Source: Candidatus Buchananbacteria bacterium
Lineage (GTDB): Bacteria; Patescibacteriota; Patescibacteriia; 2-01-FULL-39-33
Assembly: GCA_903888345.1 (NCBI GenBank)
Contig: CAISTG010000034.1
Span: 6,823-70,822 of the forward strand
DNA length: 64,000 bases
Direction of reading: 5' to 3'
Below the pieces are notes generated by a model. That model saw only the letters and a list, made by a program, of their open reading frames with translations, did not search any database and was not told the origin of the DNA. How positions within the stretch are numbered: position 1 is the stretch's first letter; each line of letters starts with the position of its first letter. A program made the position numbers and the translations under genes. Of the stretch, positions 37,765 to 45,479 are shown one piece after another.

Positions 37765-38136
37765 TTAAACGAGCGTTTTGACTTTATTAACGATGTCTTG
37801 GATTTGAGTGTTTGATTTGACAATGTAGTCAACCGCCCCCAAACCCTTAGCGCGCTTTATGTCCTCCTCCTGTGATAAATTTGATGTTACGATAACTTTA
37901 ATCTTTATTTTCTTTTCTTTGATTTTTTCTAAAACACCAAAGCCGTCAAGCTTAGGCATAATCAAGTCCAATAAAAGAAGATCAAATGATGATTTTTCTA
38001 GGGCCGCAATTGCTTCCTCGCCATCAAAAACCAGTGTCGGATCAAAGCCTGATTTCTGGAATTTCAAACCCATGGCCTTGGCCATAGACTTTTCGTCTTC
38101 GGCAATAAGGATTTTTGGCTCACTTTTACTTGGCAT
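37765..38136 (-). CDS. Stand-alone response-regulator receiver domain
   Basis: 123 aa; ILIAEDEKSMAK...DLLLLDLIMPKLDG receiver pattern. Confidence 0.85.
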   Translation of the reverse strand: MPSKSEPKILIAEDEKSMAKAMGLKFQKSGFDPTLVFDGEEAIAALEKSSFDLLLLDLIMPKLDGFGVLEKIKEKKIKIKVIVTSNLSQEEDIKRAKGLGAVDYIVKSNTQIQDIVNKVKTLV

Positions 38137-38330
38137 AATTTTTATAACCAGTTACTATAGTTATCTATATTCTACCACAAATATAATAAAACAGCAAAAC
38201 ATATCAAGGCTATATATCAATAAATAATATAACCACCACAATTAAACCAAAATTAACTAATTGATTGCGAGATTAATAAGTAATTAACCGCAATTAACAT
38301 AATAGGAGTTGTTTCTTGATGTCGGGCTGG

Positions 38331-38388
38331 GCGGAATTGAACCGCCGTCACGCGAACCTTCACCCTGGTAAATAGGTGTCGGGATGAC
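38331..38388 (-). pseudogene. tRNA 3'-half-like fragment (variable region + T-arm GGCGG/TTCAATT/CCGCC + acceptor 3' strand CAGCCCG-A); no 5' half found
   Basis: Abuts the 3' end of tRNA-Pro. The sequence differs from the tRNA-Pro and tRNA-Thr 3' halves, and the cloverleaf cannot be completed. Confidence 0.35.
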
Positions 38389-38461
38389 CCGATTTGAACG
38401 GGCGACCTCGTCGTCCCGAACGACGCGCGCTACCATCTGCGCTACACCCCGAAAATTTAAC
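38389..38461 (-). tRNA. tRNA-Pro (anticodon CGG)
   Basis: Manual cloverleaf: C1:G72 pair typical of bacterial tRNA-Pro, D-stem GCGC/GCGC, anticodon stem CGTCG/CGACG with loop TTCGGGA, T-loop TTCAAAT. Confidence 0.85.
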
Positions 38462-38506
38462 AGGGCGGGTCGCGTATAATGCCGTTATACCACAGCCCGA
38501 AATTGA

Positions 38507-38959
38507 TTATTTGGTCAGCTCATAGGCTGCGATACCATAAGCGACTGACACATTTAAACTTTCCTTAATCCCCTGCATCGGAATCTGCACGGCAGCGTCA
38601 CAGCGCTTGAGTAAAGCCGGTGTTACGCCGGTGACTTCATTGCCAAGAACGATCGCTAAAGGATATTCAGATTTAAATAGCTTAATATTTTTACTCTCTT
38701 TTGTCAATTCTAAAGCAATCACTTTGAAGCCCTGCTTCTTTAACTTTTCTACGACCCGCCAGGACGACTTGGCTTGTTCCCAAGCCACCGAATTCTCCGC
38801 CCCCAATGACACTTTGGCCAGACCAGACTGCTCCGGTGTGCCAGTTATACCGCAAAGCCAAATCTTGCTAATGCCCAAGGCATCAGAAGTACGAAAAATA
38901 GAGCCGACATTATAGAGGCTCCTAATATTATCACAAATTACGTGAACTTCTTTATTCAT
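38507..38959 (-). CDS. SpoU-family tRNA/rRNA 2'-O-methyltransferase (TrmL/TrmH-like)
   Basis: 150 aa; NVGSIFRTSDALG and C-terminal SLNVSVAYGIAAYE SPOUT knot motifs. Confidence 0.8.
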   Translation of the reverse strand: MNKEVHVICDNIRSLYNVGSIFRTSDALGISKIWLCGITGTPEQSGLAKVSLGAENSVAWEQAKSSWRVVEKLKKQGFKVIALELTKESKNIKLFKSEYPLAIVLGNEVTGVTPALLKRCDAAVQIPMQGIKESLNVSVAYGIAAYELTK

Positions 38960-39119
38960 AAAACAAAAAAATGGATTCCAAGCTTCCTTCGTGTCATTCC
39001 GGCCCTGCCTACCGGCAGGCAGGCTTGAGCCGGAATCTGAACTCTTGCTTCTGACGCAAACGAAGATTCCGGGTCAAGCCCGGAATGACGTCGATAATTC
39101 GTACTTAATAATTGATCGC

Positions 39120-40457
39120 CTAGTATTGTAAAACAGTCTTAAATTTCTTTGTTTCTTTGGTCTTACCAAAAACAATCTTCTCGATATTATAAGTACCGTA
39201 TTTCGGCGCTTCAATAAAACCCGCCATCGCTGCCTCGGCTAACCAACCAGAATGCAACCAATCACAAAGCCATTCACCAGTATATTTGGGATCATCCTGA
39301 TCAATTCCCGCCCCAATTAATTGTAACCACTTCTGATTAAATTTTTCTTGACTGCCAACCGGTGGCGCCATAATAATCGGTAAACCTAAAGCACAATAAA
39401 AACATAATTCCGATGGCTTAGTCCAAAGAATATCTGATTCACGCAGCGCCTTATTAAAAGTTTTGAAATATTGATGCTTATTAGATTCAAAAATTATATT
39501 AATACCCTTACCCAACTCTCGAGATAATTTTAATTTCTTTAGTTCCTCTTTAAAATATTCAGCTACTTGCTGATTAGTACCCGCCACCAAATTTAAGCGC
39601 ATCTTACCATCCAAAATATACTTTTTAATACTGAAGGCAACTTCGACCCCCAATTCACGTTGAGCGCCAGCACCGCCAACGGCAAAAGTAATGGTTAAAG
39701 GCCGTGATTTATGTAATTTAAAATTAGACCCCAAATGAGAATGAATTGAGGGTTTGAATTGATTAATATATACGCGTCCCGGATCCAAATTAATTAGACG
39801 CTTCCCCAGATCCGCTTTCAAAATTTTTAAATTAACGCCAACATTTTCCTGAGGCAAGGGGAAACCAGTCAAAATAATCCGATCTTCCGTCACGCCATAC
39901 AACTTTAGGCGATCAGCCACCCGCCGATTAGAAGCAAAGTAAATAATCCGGCTATCTTGAGGCTTAGGCGGTACCCAGGCACGTGAAATATCCGCATCAC
40001 ACAAAATACAATAAATTTCTCCAGGATAATCGAAATACTCTGCCATCATCGCCGTCACAAAAAACGTGGTAATAAATGGGAGTGGCGTTTTCGCTAATTT
40101 AGAAATCAGATGCTTGCCCCAATCACCTTCCTCAAAAAATTTATAAATCTGTTTTAATTGCAAATTAGAAGTCGATAAATCACGCTTCGGATAAAAATTC
40201 GGAATGGCCTGCAATTTATCGTATAAACTAAAAACTCGATCACCAATAAGTGGTACCATTTTAAACCGCGAGACAAATTCATAAAAGCCACGCGAGTTCT
40301 CCCAAATAAATTTGTCTTTTTCGGGAATGCCAACATAAGTATTAGCGGTAATAATACCCTTGTAGGCAATATTCTTTAAGGGGTAGGCAGCGCGTTGATG
40401 ACCATAGCCCATATCAACTGTCACCACCCACGCTTTTTGTGGAAGTTTAGAAGTCAT
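39120..40457 (-). CDS. GT-B fold glycosyltransferase (MGDG-synthase/UgtP-like, GT28-like)
   Basis: 445 aa; N-terminal VDMGYGHQRAAYPL resembles the G-x-GH motif of MGDG synthase / YpfP. Motif similarity only. Confidence 0.45.
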   Translation of the reverse strand: MTSKLPQKAWVVTVDMGYGHQRAAYPLKNIAYKGIITANTYVGIPEKDKFIWENSRGFYEFVSRFKMVPLIGDRVFSLYDKLQAIPNFYPKRDLSTSNLQLKQIYKFFEEGDWGKHLISKLAKTPLPFITTFFVTAMMAEYFDYPGEIYCILCDADISRAWVPPKPQDSRIIYFASNRRVADRLKLYGVTEDRIILTGFPLPQENVGVNLKILKADLGKRLINLDPGRVYINQFKPSIHSHLGSNFKLHKSRPLTITFAVGGAGAQRELGVEVAFSIKKYILDGKMRLNLVAGTNQQVAEYFKEELKKLKLSRELGKGINIIFESNKHQYFKTFNKALRESDILWTKPSELCFYCALGLPIIMAPPVGSQEKFNQKWLQLIGAGIDQDDPKYTGEWLCDWLHSGWLAEAAMAGFIEAPKYGTYNIEKIVFGKTKETKKFKTVLQY

Positions 40458-40529
40458 AGTTAATTCAAGTATAACATAAAACCCTGCTTAGTTAAAAGCA
40501 GGGTTTTATTAATTCGAATCAAATAATAA

Positions 40530-40817
40530 TTATTTGCCTAAGCAAGATTCTTTAGCAGCTTTAGCGACGCGGAATTTAACCACAGTCTTAGCTGGGATCT
40601 TGATAGTTTCACCAGTAGCTGGGTTTCTACCTTCACGAGCTTTACGAGCAACTTTAACTAACTTACCGAAGCCTGGTACTACAAATTCACCATTCTTCTT
40701 TACTTCTGAATAAGCCAATGTAGTTAGGGTATCCATTAACCCAATTACATCTTTCTTTGCCAAGCCGGTCTTCTCAGCTAAGGCGCTCATAAGAGCTGAT
40801 TTAGTCATTTTAGCCAT
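40530..40817 (-). CDS. hup: HU family DNA-binding protein
   Basis: 95 aa; ...GFGKLVKVARKAREGRNPATGETIKIPAKTVVKFR arm motif. Confidence 0.85.
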   Translation of the reverse strand: MAKMTKSALMSALAEKTGLAKKDVIGLMDTLTTLAYSEVKKNGEFVVPGFGKLVKVARKAREGRNPATGETIKIPAKTVVKFRVAKAAKESCLGK

Positions 40818-40979
40818 AATCTTAAGATTATTTAATTATTAATTTTTAAAAACCTTATTTTCATTGGGGGTTTTATCCACACCCTCAATTCAATATAATC
40901 ATTATATAGTAAAAACAAAGAAAAGGCTAATATTTTGTCAATGTTTAATTCCAGCCTCAAGGCATTAAACTAACCCGAC

Positions 40980-41008
40980 TTGACATTTTGCTAATTTTTT
41001 GCTAAAAT
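40980..41008 (+). promoter_or_regulatory. Sigma70 promoter (TTGACA-17-TAAAAT) for the plus-strand paralog operon
   Basis: cTTGACAttttgctaattttttgcTAAAATagcgg lies about 70 nt upstream of 41079. Confidence 0.5.
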
Positions 41009-41078
41009 AGCGGGAAGTGTCTGATAGTAAATCAGGCCAAAAGGACCTTGAAAATTCAACGGAAAAGGAACTGCCATA

Positions 41079-41606
41079 ATGGAAGCAACTAGCGATGTCA
41101 GTACTGGTCGGATTTCTACATTGCGCCTGTACAGCGACACGGCCGCCAAGATCAATCAGCGCAAGTTTAATCTGATTATATCCTATCTAGGCGAACAACT
41201 AGCCGATGCTCTGGCAATAATTGGAATTCTCGCTTTGTCCTGGTTCTATCAACCAAGTGACTTGAGTGAATTAATTCCCTGCCTGATCACTGCTCTCTTG
41301 ATGGTTATGCCACTAGGGACCACGTTATTGATACTTAGGTCGGCGCGAAAATCAAAGAAACTCAAGCAAGAACTGGAGACACTTTTGCCAGCGATGCTAA
41401 TCGAAACGCGCGATTTATTTCTACGCGACGAACAAAGCAAGCAAGACACGGACTTGGTCTTAATTGAACCCGGTCTTCATCCGCTCGAGGATCTCGACGG
41501 TACCAGATTCATCATCAAAGGAACTGAAATATACGGTGACTGGAAAGAACTTAAACGCCATGACAAAATTCAAAACGGCGGCATTCGCTTGATCGAAAAA
41601 CTGTAA
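41079..41606 (+). CDS. Paralog 1 of a 2-TM membrane protein family with conserved PGL(H/Y)PLE motif
   Basis: 175 aa; ...LIEPGLHPLEDLDGTRFIIKGTE. Region is GC-richer (~50% by eye). Confidence 0.5.
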   Translation: MEATSDVSTGRISTLRLYSDTAAKINQRKFNLIISYLGEQLADALAIIGILALSWFYQPSDLSELIPCLITALLMVMPLGTTLLILRSARKSKKLKQELETLLPAMLIETRDLFLRDEQSKQDTDLVLIEPGLHPLEDLDGTRFIIKGTEIYGDWKELKRHDKIQNGGIRLIEKL

Positions 41607-41629
41607 TTCAACCAACAGGGAGAAAAACC

Positions 41630-42160
41630 GTGGGTATTTGGAAAAACGCGAAGTGGCTAAATTTTGAACAGAGATTCATCAATATCTCAGAGCCGGGTGA
41701 GATCCTAACAGCGCGGCTTTATGATGATGTCGTTGCTAGCAACCTGAAGCAGCACTACGACAATTGGCGGCTCTGCTTCAAGCTTATGTTCAGTATTATT
41801 GTTGCGGCAATTATATTGCTGGTACTATGCTTTCAGTTTCATTGTGTTTCCATCTGGCTCGTTCTAATTATCATTATGACCTTCGTGCCGATCCAATGTA
41901 TTGCCTCGCAAAATGCCATTCAGTACCGCTGCTTACTGGAACCGCAACTACCAGCATTGCTAGTCAACACACCAAGAATTCTCTTGGGCGAAGAAAACAA
42001 TCGTGGTGCTGGCGAAGTCATCGTCGGTCCCGGCCTCTACTCGTATATGCCGACTGACGATCCTTCGGTTTTCCGATTTAAGCGTGGCACACTAGTTTTT
42101 CATGCGAACATCGCTGCTGGTGCTGGATCGCAACTTAAATTGATCACCAAAATCTGGTAA
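41630..42160 (+). CDS. Paralog 2 (GTG start) of the same family
   Basis: 176 aa; SD AGGGAG 8 nt upstream of GTG; ...LLEPQLPALLV...VIVGPGLYSYMPTDD. Confidence 0.5.
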   Translation: MGIWKNAKWLNFEQRFINISEPGEILTARLYDDVVASNLKQHYDNWRLCFKLMFSIIVAAIILLVLCFQFHCVSIWLVLIIIMTFVPIQCIASQNAIQYRCLLEPQLPALLVNTPRILLGEENNRGAGEVIVGPGLYSYMPTDDPSVFRFKRGTLVFHANIAAGAGSQLKLITKIW

Positions 42161-42186
42161 TCAGCCACCAGCAAGAAAGGCAAGCA

Positions 42187-42657
42187 ATGAACGACTCAAA
42201 GATATCCGACGGCCAACTCAAGACAACGACCTACTTTTCTAGCCAACAGGCTCGGGAATGCAAAAGAAAATATGATGAAATAATCAATTGTCGCTCTTAT
42301 GCGAGACAATTAGTATTGACCCTCGCACTAGCTTCCGGAATCTTGCTATTCTCTCCTACTATTATTGGCGCCAAAATTTTGATTGGCGTGTCAATCTTAT
42401 CAATTGGCATGTATTCCTTCTTCCGCAGTGCCGTTGCCAAACGCGAAGCTGAGCTCAAGCCGCTCTACCCCGCACTGCTGGTTAGAGACGATACTTGTCT
42501 CCGATTTTCCGGGGAAGCGATTACTCTGAAGCCGGGATTATACCCGCTAGAAGAAACCGGCATGGAAACGATCACGATTAGCGGCACCAAACGCACTATG
42601 TTGCGAAGTGAGCTGGGGCAGATTATCAAGCTCAATACCGTGACTCTACTGAATTAA
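42187..42657 (+). CDS. Paralog 3 of the same family
   Basis: 156 aa; RSAVAKREAELKPLYPALLVRDD...ITLKPGLYPLEETG aligns with paralog 1. Confidence 0.5.
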   Translation: MNDSKISDGQLKTTTYFSSQQARECKRKYDEIINCRSYARQLVLTLALASGILLFSPTIIGAKILIGVSILSIGMYSFFRSAVAKREAELKPLYPALLVRDDTCLRFSGEAITLKPGLYPLEETGMETITISGTKRTMLRSELGQIIKLNTVTLLN

Positions 42658-42714
42658 CTCTGAACTTTCAAAATAACCCCGAACGCCTAACAGCGTCCGG
42701 GGCTTTTTATTTTT

Positions 42715-43470
42715 TTAATATTTTTTATTACCAATGTTCCAGAAATAATCGTAAATACTTTTGACGCTACCGACAATTGCTTGATGATGGCAAGCGACGA
42801 CAAACGGCGGCTTGCCCGAAAATAAAACCAGCAAATTTCCGACAAACCAAATTGAAGCGGTAAAATTAATTTCTTTTGGCAACTCCCTGATTTCAATATT
42901 TTGTGCCGATAATTTTTTATTATCAATTCCAGCAAATGTTCCGATTGGTACTAAAGTCTTAGTAATAATCCCCTGCTTTTTCTTTAAACTTAAAAGCACT
43001 CGGTTAAAATCTTCCGAAAATATTTTTTGATAATTGCCCTGATGTGGGGCATCAATCGTATAAATAACCGACTTAGCCGGCAAATTAATCAATAACTTTT
43101 CAATAAAATTCTTAATCCCTTTTTGCGTATCATAAATATTAGCAAAAGGAAAATTTGCCTCGGAACGATACAACTCCGACAACGATTCTTCAAGTGAACT
43201 TGCGAGTGTTCGTTTATGATCAAAAATAGTTTGTAAAGTCTTCGGCGACTCCACCCAATAATAAGTCATCCCCTTGTAATGATTGGTCGACAAATAATTC
43301 TCACTAGCTAAGTGTTCCAAATTATCAATGGTCGTCGTTCGCGGCAAGCCGACTTTCTTAGCAACTCTAGAGGCTGGTGCCTCGCCGAGCTCAGTTAAGG
43401 CCAAATAGACCTTAATGGCATTATCCTTTAAACCTAACTCTTTGAGGATTTTTTTGAGTTGAACTGGCAT
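42715..43470 (-). CDS. TrmB-like HTH transcriptional regulator
   Basis: 251 aa; N-terminal winged HTH (LKDNAIKVYLALTELGEAPASRVAKKVGLPRTTTIDNLEHL) plus a C-terminal effector-like domain. Confidence 0.55.
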   Translation of the reverse strand: MPVQLKKILKELGLKDNAIKVYLALTELGEAPASRVAKKVGLPRTTTIDNLEHLASENYLSTNHYKGMTYYWVESPKTLQTIFDHKRTLASSLEESLSELYRSEANFPFANIYDTQKGIKNFIEKLLINLPAKSVIYTIDAPHQGNYQKIFSEDFNRVLLSLKKKQGIITKTLVPIGTFAGIDNKKLSAQNIEIRELPKEINFTASIWFVGNLLVLFSGKPPFVVACHHQAIVGSVKSIYDYFWNIGNKKY

Positions 43471-43669
43471 AAATATGGGTTATTTCGCTGTTGCTGTCGG
43501 AAAAATCCGACAGTAGTAGCCGTATTTATTATCTAAATTTAAATAAAAAAATAATATGACTTCTTGACTTTCCCGAGAATTTCAGCTAAAATAATCAATC
43601 ACTGCTATTATTATAGCAGTAAATGATTGAACATTAAAAACGGTCTAAAACCCGAAAAGGAACAGCGTT

Positions 43670-44722
43670 ATGAAAAAGAACCTGATCGTCTTCCCTGGAA
43701 CCTTTTGCCCACCCACTTACGGTCACCATGAAATCGTCAAAATGGCCGCGGAAATTTTCCCTTGTGGCGTTACGATTATGGCTTCGGCCAATCCCGATAA
43801 AGACAACTGGTTTACTCAAGAAGAACGCGCCGCCATGTGGCAAGCTTATGACCTGCCCAGTAATGTTCGCGTAACGACCCTAGATCAGATGCAACGTGAA
43901 GAAGTTGATTTTACTACTATGGTCATGGTTCGCGGTATTCGCAATCAAGACGACTATATTCATGAGCAATCCGTCATGGAACTAAATTTTAATGGTTATG
44001 GAATTAGCAAATACTTCTATATCATGACCACCGGCGAATTCCGCGAGCTGTCCTCATCGAGAGCCCGCGCTGCCGCCAGTGAACTGCGCTTAGCTGATCT
44101 AGCCAAGTATGTGCCACCGCAGATTGCAGGACAACTACTTGAATACGTCTTGCAAGCCAAAAATATTTTCTTGGTCGTCGGACGACCGGGATCAGGTAAG
44201 TCAACTTGGTTAAAGTCAGTGGTTGAAGTTGATCCTTCTGCCTACCATCTTGATGGCGATCAACTGAATAAAGAGCTGCGACCCGAACTAGTAGCAGCCT
44301 TCCCTGGCGTCGACCTGATCGAACTGGCTATGACTAACGAAGCCGCCTTGCTCGAAGTATTGGCCCCCAAATGGCTGGCACTACTGGGCGAACGGCTGAA
44401 ACAAGTACCGCCTGGTCGCAACGTCTACGTTGAAGCCGCTTATGGACTTGAAGCCAACAAACAACTTTACCGCTATCTCGGCAGTAAAGTCATTCATGTT
44501 GGTTGCCAAGATCCGGCAGTGAATCAAGAGCGGATTGCCGCTCGTGGCACCAGCCGACATCAAGCCTTCGTCGAGAAGATTCCTGATCTTTGCGAGTCGG
44601 TTATGATCGCCGCTTCCGAAAAGCTATCCCTCAAACTCGTGGACACTTCCGGCAGTCTGGAAGATCTCAAACAAACTACCAAAGACTTTGTCAGCGACCT
44701 CCATCAAGGAACCTCATCATGA
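43670..44722 (+). CDS. Fusion protein: cytidylyltransferase-like nucleotidyltransferase (HxGH) + P-loop kinase domain (NadR-like NMNAT/nucleoside-kinase or PPAT-kinase)
   Basis: N-terminal LIVFPGTFCPPTYGHHEIV (G-x-F-x-P-x-H-x-GH Rossmann motif); C-terminal Walker A VVGRPGSGKSTWL. Confidence 0.6.
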   Translation: MKKNLIVFPGTFCPPTYGHHEIVKMAAEIFPCGVTIMASANPDKDNWFTQEERAAMWQAYDLPSNVRVTTLDQMQREEVDFTTMVMVRGIRNQDDYIHEQSVMELNFNGYGISKYFYIMTTGEFRELSSSRARAAASELRLADLAKYVPPQIAGQLLEYVLQAKNIFLVVGRPGSGKSTWLKSVVEVDPSAYHLDGDQLNKELRPELVAAFPGVDLIELAMTNEAALLEVLAPKWLALLGERLKQVPPGRNVYVEAAYGLEANKQLYRYLGSKVIHVGCQDPAVNQERIAARGTSRHQAFVEKIPDLCESVMIAASEKLSLKLVDTSGSLEDLKQTTKDFVSDLHQGTSS

Positions 44723-45387
44723 AAACTGAAATCAAAGCCAGGTTGAAACAGCGCTTTGCGCTGCTGTGTAAAAGATTTGCGGAAGCCAAGCAACTTACCG
44801 ATACTGATGCCAAGATTGAGAAGTGGTGGAAAGTTCTGGATGAATGTTATAGTGCTAGCCAGCGTGCTTACCACAATTGGGAACACGTTGCCGCGTGCTT
44901 AGAGGAGTTCGATCGGGTCATTCACCTGTTCGATAATCCCCTTGCCGCTGAAGCCGCAATATTCTTCCATGACGCGAAATACGATCCTTTCGCCACCGAC
45001 AATGAAGCCGTTAGTGCGGAAATGCTCGGAGAATTTTACGCTGACTTTGGTTGGCCGGACACTATTGCCAAGAAACTGGTTAATAGCACCGACCATAAGG
45101 CGACCAGCAAAGATAACGACGAGCAATTGCTCTGCGATATCGACCTGGCAATTCTGGGTCAGCCGTGGCCTCGCTACATCTGTTACGCCCAGGATATTAG
45201 AAAAGAATATCAAGCGGTACCTCTGGCTGCTTATCGCACCAAACGGATCGAGGTTTTGAAGAAACTTCGCGACCGTGAACCACTATTTCAGACGGAATAT
45301 TTCCAGCGCCAGTATAAGCTGAACGCCGAGAGCAATCTGACTGCCGAAATCATGGCCCTGGCGCATGAGCAGTTCCCTAACTACTAA
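44719..45387 (+). CDS. HD-domain metal-dependent phosphohydrolase (start overlaps upstream stop, ATGA)
   Basis: 222 aa from MKTEIKA; HNWEHV and FFHDAKYD motifs (H...HD...D); translationally coupled to 43670..44722. Confidence 0.55.
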   Translation: MKTEIKARLKQRFALLCKRFAEAKQLTDTDAKIEKWWKVLDECYSASQRAYHNWEHVAACLEEFDRVIHLFDNPLAAEAAIFFHDAKYDPFATDNEAVSAEMLGEFYADFGWPDTIAKKLVNSTDHKATSKDNDEQLLCDIDLAILGQPWPRYICYAQDIRKEYQAVPLAAYRTKRIEVLKKLRDREPLFQTEYFQRQYKLNAESNLTAEIMALAHEQFPNY

Positions 45388-45479
45388 GCGCACCTTTACG
45401 TCCCGAACAACAAATTTGTTCGGGACTTTTTATTTACAAAAAAACCGAGCCTCGCGGCTCGGTTTTTCTTATATAGCTA

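Noticed and set aside
38331-38388. Second complete tRNA gene next to tRNA-Pro
   Set aside because: Only the T-arm and acceptor 3' strand are present; no complementary 5' acceptor strand, D-arm or anticodon arm could be drawn.
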